Shown here one piece after another: positions 27,350 to 32,000 of a stretch of DNA of 32,000 nt; within the stretch, counting starts at the first letter, position 1; each line of letters begins with the position of its first letter. The stretch comes from Candidatus Methanoperedens sp. (lineage in GTDB: Archaea > Halobacteriota > Methanosarcinia > Methanosarcinales > Methanoperedenaceae). The translations under genes were made by a program, and so were the position numbers. Location of the stretch: the NCBI GenBank assembly GCA_027460535.1, contig JAPZAR010000022.1, positions 30,001 through 62,000 of the forward strand, written 5' to 3'. Below the pieces are notes generated by a model. It made no database searches and was not told where the DNA came from. It worked only from the letters and a program-made list of their open reading frames with translations.

Positions 27350-28285
27350 TTATGCCCTTTTGATCAATCTTACAGCACCCAGCGAAATCAGGATTATTGC
27401 AGCGAATCCGATCATTATTGCAATGACTTTCCCTTCCATTCCCATGCCAGGTATGGAATAATTTGGGAATAAAGGTGATATTGGAGCTATTATATTGTTT
27501 ATTCCATTTTTTACAACTATGGTTGTAGTCTGCTGGAGCCCATCCGGGTTGCTGGTTGTGAGGAAAGGCGCAGCCAGTGCAAGCCCGATTACTACCACAA
27601 TGCCTGCTGCGGCGACCTTGATGGCGCTGACATTTTTATGGGCGTCCTGTGAGACTATATCGGGACGGGCTTTTGTTATGGCAGAAAATACGATGACGGT
27701 GATAAGTCCTTCCCCCAGCCCCGCAACGCCCTGGAATGTCCCCATCAGGAGAACACCCTGCTTTAGAGGGAATGTGCCTGCAAACCACAGTTCGAATGCC
27801 AGGGCTATAGCTGGCAAGATCATGCTGAGCCACGCCCCTGCGAACATCGCCACAGACCGCTTTACCGATAGTTTGCAAAGACCGATATAGCTGTAATATC
27901 CCAGAAAACCGCCTATTATCCCCATGTTCATTATGTTCGCTCCCATAGCCGTTATCCCGCCGTCCCCGAAAAGGGATTGCACGGCAAGTACCAGCGTCAT
28001 CAGCAGCACCGCTGCCCATGGACTTGCGAATATGATTGCCGTGAGAGCGGCGCCCACAATATGCCAGCTCACGCCGCCGAGCATGGGAATAGGTATGAGA
28101 AGATTAGCTGCTATGTTTATAGTCTGCAGTACGAACATGCCCGCCGCAAGCACACCGAAGAGGGGTATCATACTTTCATCAATTTCGCTGCGCGCCCATT
28201 TTACCGATCGGGCGATGAAGAATATGGCTATTATCCAGTAGACAGCCGCCTGTCCCAAAGGGATGTATCCGTCTGGAATGTGCAA
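27350..28285 (-). CDS. cbiM: Ni/Co ECF substrate-capture component CbiM/NikM fused to a C-terminal PDGLE domain (CbiN/NikN substitute)
   Basis: Re-starting at TTG 28285 gives the family-defining N-terminus MHIPDGYIP, with a GGAGGT SD 8 nt upstream. The tracked TTG at 28306 adds 7 residues. The C-terminal 90 aa contain NPDGLQ plus a terminal TM helix, which is the PDGLE-domain pattern. Confidence 0.8.
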   Translation of the reverse strand: MHIPDGYIPLGQAAVYWIIAIFFIARSVKWARSEIDESMIPLFGVLAAGMFVLQTINIAANLLIPIPMLGGVSWHIVGAALTAIIFASPWAAVLLMTLVLAVQSLFGDGGITAMGANIMNMGIIGGFLGYYSYIGLCKLSVKRSVAMFAGAWLSMILPAIALAFELWFAGTFPLKQGVLLMGTFQGVAGLGEGLITVIVFSAITKARPDIVSQDAHKNVSAIKVAAAGIVVVIGLALAAPFLTTSNPDGLQQTTTIVVKNGINNIIAPISPLFPNYSIPGMGMEGKVIAIMIGFAAIILISLGAVRLIKRA

Positions 28286-28340
28286 AAATTTTACCTCCTG
28301 AAGCAATTTTTATTAATTATTTTTAAATATGCACATATAT

Positions 28341-28370
28341 AGTATTACGAAATTGCAATTTTGTAATACT
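28341..28370. promoter_or_regulatory. A 30-nt near-perfect palindrome upstream of the ECF Ni/Co operon, candidate metal-regulator operator
   Basis: In AGTATTACGAAATTGCAATTTTGTAATACT, 14 of 15 arm positions are complementary and the mismatch is G:T. It lies 56-85 nt upstream of the TTG start, just distal to an A/T-rich TATA-like stretch. It is followed by the perfect 12-nt palindrome ATAATGCATTAT (28373-28384). Confidence 0.45.
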
Positions 28371-28534
28371 AAATAATGCATTATAAATCGTTATGGTATA
28401 TGTAAGTTTTGCTGCCCCTTTTTGCGCTCACATGGAAGTACCATGCTCACAGGACATTACGGATTAGTATTTCGCAATTGTTCTGCCAATCCGGCCTACG
28501 CAATAATGCATTTTAGTTAAATGGCTTTTCAATT

Positions 28535-29188
28535 TCACTTCCCGAATCTCCTTTGTCGTTTCTGAAAATCCCTAATAGCGCGGAGGAAATCCACCTTTCT
28601 TAAATCCAGCCAGTTAACATCTGTAAAATACAGCTCAGAATAAACCGATTGCCAGATGAGAAAATCGGTCAACCTTTTCCCGCCTGCCCGTATCACAAGG
28701 TCAGGCTCGCACTGGAACAGCAAATGAGATTCTATTGCTTTTTCATCGATATCTTCGGGAACCATTTCACCACTTTCTATTTTTTCCATTATTTCCCTGA
28801 TGGCATGGGTCAATTCATATTTTCCGCTGTATCCGAGCGATATATCAAGCCTCATGCCTTCTCTTTCATCCTTTTTTATTTCTTTGTTCCAGCGTGTGAT
28901 CACGTTGATATTACCCGTTATACTGGAGAGCACTGAAGGAATTTCAAAAGCAAGCTTATTACATATATTGTCGCTGAGCTCTGCATCCACGTCGATTATG
29001 TTGACATGTATCGTTACCGTGCATATTCCGGTCTCGTTGCACCAGGAAACAAAGGATTTGAGTTTTCCATAATTACTATCTGCCAGCAGGTCGCTTTCAG
29101 CAAGCGCGAGGACGATATGTTTTGGTACTGCCTGGTTTTCTATTGCATTCTTGAGTTTCCATTCATACAGTCCTGAAATCAGTCCCAT
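28535..29188 (-). CDS. cis-Prenyltransferase (UppS-family) paralog lacking the N-terminal catalytic motifs, possibly a non-catalytic partner subunit
   Basis: The C-terminal half is canonical (EPDLVIRAGGKRLTDFLIWQSVYSELYFTDVNW...RQRRFGK). Where the family has HVAIIxDGNRRWA, this protein has HIVLALAESDLLA, and the (F)SxENxxR region is also absent. Confidence 0.7.
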   Translation of the reverse strand: MGLISGLYEWKLKNAIENQAVPKHIVLALAESDLLADSNYGKLKSFVSWCNETGICTVTIHVNIIDVDAELSDNICNKLAFEIPSVLSSITGNINVITRWNKEIKKDEREGMRLDISLGYSGKYELTHAIREIMEKIESGEMVPEDIDEKAIESHLLFQCEPDLVIRAGGKRLTDFLIWQSVYSELYFTDVNWLDLRKVDFLRAIRDFQKRQRRFGK

Positions 29189-29247
29189 GGTTCAGTATTG
29201 GAACAGAAGGATAAAGTATTTGCTTATCAGCACGGATTCTGTTAAAG

Positions 29248-30603
29248 ATGAAGCTGAGGCAGGAGTATAAAACGCAGGGCATCTACATTTCTCTCGGATT
29301 GATCATATTACTTCTGCCATTTCTAAAATCTTTTTTTTTGATAGTGTTCCTGGGGGGTGCGCTCTTGTTCTCAAGTTTGTCCCCGAAATCACCGGTATTT
29401 GGCATGCTGGCCAGGGAATCGGATATTAAAGCAGGGAAACTCACAGGTCTGGTACAGCTCTTTTTCACTATGGGTATTCTCATGCTGATGGGTTTTCTTA
29501 CAGGATTTGACAGGTTCCCGTTATTCCTGATCGCCGGGGCTTTTGCCATCACGACATTTGGCGATGGGGTAGCAGATCTTGTAAATATACACGATAAAGT
29601 GAGAAATGCTGATACCCAGCAAAATGGCATCAAAATCTATTCCGCAAAATCGAGTATTGTTTTCTTGATCTCAGGGAGCATCTATGCATTCCTTGTAGGG
29701 GTATGGATATCAGGGTTCACTTTACACGTCCCTTACGGGATGCTCTTTTTCCTCGCGGTCATCGGATCCATTACAGGCGCGCTGCTTGAGTCTATGACGG
29801 TGACAGAAGATAATATCCTCATCCCCTTTGGGTCTGCAATGGTGATGTGGCTTTTCTATGCATTCAGCTTCAGCTATAATGTGGACACGGTCTATCTTAT
29901 TCAGGCCCTGCTTTTTGCTTTCATGCTTGGTTACCTTGCTTACCGCGCGCGTATTGCCGATATCTCAGCTATGCTGAGCGCGACACTGCTTGGGGTTGTG
30001 ATCATTATATCCAGCAACTTTTTCTGGTTTTTTATCCTCCTCTCATTCTTTTTATTGGGGGGGATTTTCACAAGATATAAATACAATTTCAAGCTCGCCC
30101 GAGGGATAGCGGAAGGGAAGGGTGGGGTGAGGGGATACAGGAACGTTTTCAGCAATTCCCTGGCTGCCCTTGCACTGGCAATGGCTTTTAGGATATTTCC
30201 GGCAAGCTCAGCGTTTTTGCTTCCTGCTTATCTTGGTTCGATCGCTACAGCGACGGGAGACACGCTGGCGAGTGAGATAGGCGAGACCTGCAAAGGAGAG
30301 CCAAGAATGATAACGACACTCAAAAAAGTGCCCGCAGGTACAGACGGCGCAATTTCAAGCCTTGGCGAGTATGCGGCTTTTTTCGGCGCTTCTGTAATTG
30401 CGGTCCTTGCATTCTTTTTGATAAGTAATGATACAGGTCTTTTAATTGCCGTGGCAGCAGGAGGCTTTATTGGCACGAACATTGATAGTGTGCTGGGCGC
30501 CACGTTGCAGCGGAAAGGTTACCTTTCAAATAACGGGGTCAATCTTCTTGCCACCATTTCAGGATCTATCGTATCAGGAATAATTTATGGGCTCGTAGTA
30601 TAG
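29248..30603 (+). CDS. Polytopic membrane fusion protein: N-terminal COG0170 (dolichol/phytol kinase-like) domain plus C-terminal DUF92/COG1836 (TMEM19/VTE6-like) domain
   Basis: The N-terminal half carries FGDGVADLV, KSSIVFLISGS and LLESMTVTEDNILIPFG, which resemble the CTP-dependent polyprenol kinase motifs. The C-terminal half carries GVRGYRNVFSN, ATGDTLASEIGE, GTDGAIS and GTNIDSVLGATLQ, which are DUF92 hallmarks. Confidence 0.7.
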   Translation: MKLRQEYKTQGIYISLGLIILLLPFLKSFFLIVFLGGALLFSSLSPKSPVFGMLARESDIKAGKLTGLVQLFFTMGILMLMGFLTGFDRFPLFLIAGAFAITTFGDGVADLVNIHDKVRNADTQQNGIKIYSAKSSIVFLISGSIYAFLVGVWISGFTLHVPYGMLFFLAVIGSITGALLESMTVTEDNILIPFGSAMVMWLFYAFSFSYNVDTVYLIQALLFAFMLGYLAYRARIADISAMLSATLLGVVIIISSNFFWFFILLSFFLLGGIFTRYKYNFKLARGIAEGKGGVRGYRNVFSNSLAALALAMAFRIFPASSAFLLPAYLGSIATATGDTLASEIGETCKGEPRMITTLKKVPAGTDGAISSLGEYAAFFGASVIAVLAFFLISNDTGLLIAVAAGGFIGTNIDSVLGATLQRKGYLSNNGVNLLATISGSIVSGIIYGLVV

Positions 30604-30662
30604 TCCGGATAGTACATGGGCCTCCGGAGCCTATGACCCGGGTTCAAATCCCGGCGAGCCCG
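30589..30662 (+). tRNA. tRNA-Arg (anticodon CCG), 74 nt, no intron, CCA not encoded
   Basis: Hand-folded cloverleaf. The acceptor stem is GGGCTCG/CGAGCCC. The D stem is GTAT/GTAC with one G-U pair. The anticodon stem is TGGGC/GCCTA and the loop is CT-CCG-GA. The T arm is CCGGG-TTCAAAT-CCCGG. The discriminator is G. Confidence 0.9.
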
Positions 30663-30687
30663 TTCATTATCAGCTTTGAGGATGCAT

Positions 30688-30795
30688 TTAGAAAAGGGTT
30701 CTAACGAACTCAGGTATGAGAAACAGCGTGAACGCCAAACCTGTGATCGCCACGAACAACCAGAAAACATAACCCGGTAATAGCCAAGAACTCAT
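30688..30795 (-). CDS. Candidate 35-aa hydrophobic micro-protein, absent from the ORF track
   Basis: My own translation is MSSWLLPGYVFWLFVAITGLAFTLFLIPEFVRTLF, a single TM helix. A GAGGTG SD lies 5 nt upstream of the ATG. Confidence 0.3.
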   Translation of the reverse strand: MSSWLLPGYVFWLFVAITGLAFTLFLIPEFVRTLF

Positions 30796-30843
30796 TAATG
30801 CACCTCATTTAAGAAATGAGATTCCTGCATATAAAACTTACTT

Positions 30844-30890
30844 AAAAAAATCCGCCACGCCAAAAAAAAATAAAAAATAGTTAAAAATAA
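30844..30890 (-). terminator. Oligo-T termination region downstream of the MC1 gene
   Basis: Immediately after the MC1 stop, the minus strand reads TTTATTTTTAACTATTTTTTATTTTTTTTTGGCGTGGCGGATTTTTTT. Multiple T5-T9 runs of this kind are the usual archaeal termination signal. Confidence 0.5.
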
Positions 30891-30891
30891 A

Positions 30892-31182
30892 TTAAACTTT
30901 TTTGAGCTTGTCTATGCCTGCTTTCTTTACATTCGGCTTATTAATTTTTGCAGGCATCCATTTCGGTTTGTTCTTCGGGGCAGGAACAAGTTCTTTCCAT
31001 CCCTTATAGATGTGAACCTTCTTGGTTCCTCTTTCTCTCAATCTCAGTTCAACCGGCTTTGATTTTGTTCCCTTGCTGCGGTTGGCTGCTTTCAGGGCCG
31101 CCTGACGCGGCTGATTTCCTGTGAAAACTCCAGTCTCTTTTCCGTTCTTTTCCCTTAATACAAAATTTCTTATTTTCGCCAT
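30892..31182 (-). CDS. Chromatin protein MC1 (methanogen chromosomal protein 1)
   Basis: MAKIRNFVLREKNGKETGVFTGNQPRQAALKAANRSKGTKSKPVELRLRERGTKKVHIYKGWKELVPAPKNKPKWMPAKINKPNVKK is colinear with Methanosarcina MC1. The ATG at 31182 is preferred over the tracked upstream start at 31236. Confidence 0.9.
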   Translation of the reverse strand: MAKIRNFVLREKNGKETGVFTGNQPRQAALKAANRSKGTKSKPVELRLRERGTKKVHIYKGWKELVPAPKNKPKWMPAKINKPNVKKAGIDKLKKV

Positions 31183-31196
31183 ATTTTTATTACCCC

Positions 31197-31213
31197 GACA
31201 ACGATTCGTTGTC
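31197..31213. promoter_or_regulatory. A perfect 17-nt palindrome in the MC1 leader/promoter-proximal region
   Basis: In GACAACGA-T-TCGTTGTC the 8-nt arms are exactly complementary. It lies 15-31 nt upstream of the MC1 ATG and downstream of a TTATATATAA TATA-like box at about 31236-31246. Confidence 0.35.
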
Positions 31214-31452
31214 TTATCCTTTACTTCTCTCTTCATTATATATAAACCTTGCTATGAAAACAAACGGCTTTGCATACCGTTTTGTAATTATGCTACTTCT
31301 GATACCGGTATTTCAGAAACTGAAAAATCAGATGCAAATGACCCAAAATAGTTTTTACAAAGACTCGAAAGCATCATCTGCAGAATATCCATTTTTTCCT
31401 TGATGAAGAAAAATCGAAGATAACAGGCTGCATGAGAGAAAGAAATAGAAAT

Positions 31453-31944
31453 CTAATCATCATCAGTCCCCTCACCAGATTCGATTCCGTGTCTTACCTC
31501 CACTGCCATACCTTTTTTAAAAGCGATCATTTCATTGGCGGAAAGCACAGATTTCCCTGTAGCCAGGAAGCGATCATCTTCATCCACTACCAGGACTTCC
31601 TGTCCCGCCCTGATATCTGTGTCCGCAGACACGACGTGCTTTGCAAAAGCATTCTTGCCTCTTGCCACAAAAGGTGCAGAATCGCTATTAACAACAACCC
31701 TCTGCCCCGGGTGCTTGATGAATTCATGAAGCAATTTTGCGCCTGTGATACCAAGCGTCAGCATGCCATCCTGCGCCCTTACCGTTGCTATGCGGTTATT
31801 ATCAAGGAGGATCTGACGCACCCTCTTTGTCATTGAAAACTGGAACCTCACAGTTTCAGGGAAGAGAATTTCCCCGGCGCCGCGCCCGAATTGGTAGTCA
31901 GCTATTGTCCTGACGCGTTTTAGATGAGAGATTTTAGCCAGCAT
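31453..31944 (-). CDS. PUA-domain RNA-binding protein (pre-PUA plus PUA, archaeosine-TGT C-terminal-like)
   Basis: It carries RTIADYQFGRGAGEILFP..., ATVRAQDGMLTLGITGA, and the PUA core GKNAFAKHVVSADTDIRAGQEVLVVDEDDRFLATGKSVLSANEM. Confidence 0.65.
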   Translation of the reverse strand: MLAKISHLKRVRTIADYQFGRGAGEILFPETVRFQFSMTKRVRQILLDNNRIATVRAQDGMLTLGITGAKLLHEFIKHPGQRVVVNSDSAPFVARGKNAFAKHVVSADTDIRAGQEVLVVDEDDRFLATGKSVLSANEMIAFKKGMAVEVRHGIESGEGTDDD

Positions 31945-32000
31945 GTTTACCCACTACATTCTTGAACAAATTATAAATGTTTAGGGGTCGAATATCCAGT

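Noticed and set aside
28286-28306. A 7-residue extension of cbiM/nikM from TTG 28306
   Set aside because: It would bury the Met-His N-terminus required for metal binding. It also contains the GGAGGT SD that serves the TTG at 28285.
27495-28342. Several 100-130-aa ORFs on both strands within cbiM/nikM
   Set aside because: They are alternative frames of a GC-richer membrane-protein gene, and the cbiM frame alone carries family motifs.
30585-30770. A 61-aa minus-strand ORF overlapping the tRNA
   Set aside because: It is antisense to a well-folded tRNA gene, and the product is Arg/Ser-rich nonsense-like sequence.
30589-31452. tRNA-Arg as an integration site for a mobile element
   Set aside because: I found no second copy of the tRNA 3' end (no att-like direct repeat) downstream and no integrase. 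The next genes (MC1, PUA protein) are core housekeeping genes.
31432-31836. A 134-aa plus-strand ORF
   Set aside because: It is antisense to the PUA-domain gene, which has clear family motifs. The product is Cys/His/Arg-rich shadow sequence.
1-32000. CRISPR arrays, IS elements, long direct or terminal inverted repeats, rRNA
   Set aside because: Scanning by eye found no regularly spaced repeats, no transposase- or integrase-like ORF, and no rRNA-like sequence. A computational repeat search would be needed to exclude short or degenerate elements.

Overview
The window is a densely coding archaeal chromosomal segment of about 40 genes. I found no rRNA, CRISPR array, IS element or integrase by eye. 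Several markers point to a Methanosarcinales-type methanogen or ANME: chromatin protein MC1, an archaeal presenilin homolog, a CTP-type riboflavin kinase with an N-terminal wHTH, the CODH Ni-insertion ATPase CooC, an archaeal-type LeuC/HacA, lipobox lipoproteins and an archaeal pilin N-domain protein. This taxonomic call is inference from gene content only.

Gene order, left to right:
- Two tandem FlaI/ArlI-type ATPases (the first is cut by the window edge), a FlaJ/ArlJ-type platform protein, a small 2-TM protein and a convergent ArlC/D/E-domain coiled-coil protein.
- A secreted, C-terminally anchored surface protein with a coupled membrane protein.
- A phosphoesterase-cooC-radB string.
- A YkgJ Cys-cluster protein.
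- An HTH regulator divergent from a NitT/TauT-type ABC importer whose binding protein looks circularly permuted.
- An orphan archaeal pilin-like gene.
- A minus-strand string: presenilin homolog, LeuC/HacA, M29 aminopeptidase and an untracked 43-aa zinc ribbon.
- A histidine kinase plus a REC-PAS response regulator.
- pheA, ribK (wHTH fusion) and ribB.
- A wHTH regulator divergent from ilvE, across a 318-nt intergenic region rich in palindromes.
- Two orphan small proteins.
- A Ni/Co ECF importer (CbiM/NikM-PDGLE fusion, CbiO, CbiQ) behind a 30-nt palindromic candidate operator.
- A catalytically degenerate cis-prenyltransferase paralog divergent from a polyprenol-kinase-like/DUF92 fusion protein whose last codons overlap tRNA-Arg(CCG).
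- MC1 and a PUA-domain protein.

The items most worth follow-up are the doubled-ATPase type IV filament locus with no subunit genes in view, the degenerate cis-prenyltransferase plus kinase-fusion lipid-carrier pair, the permuted binding protein, and the ECF operator. All calls rest on reading the translated ORFs and the DNA by eye. No database search was run.
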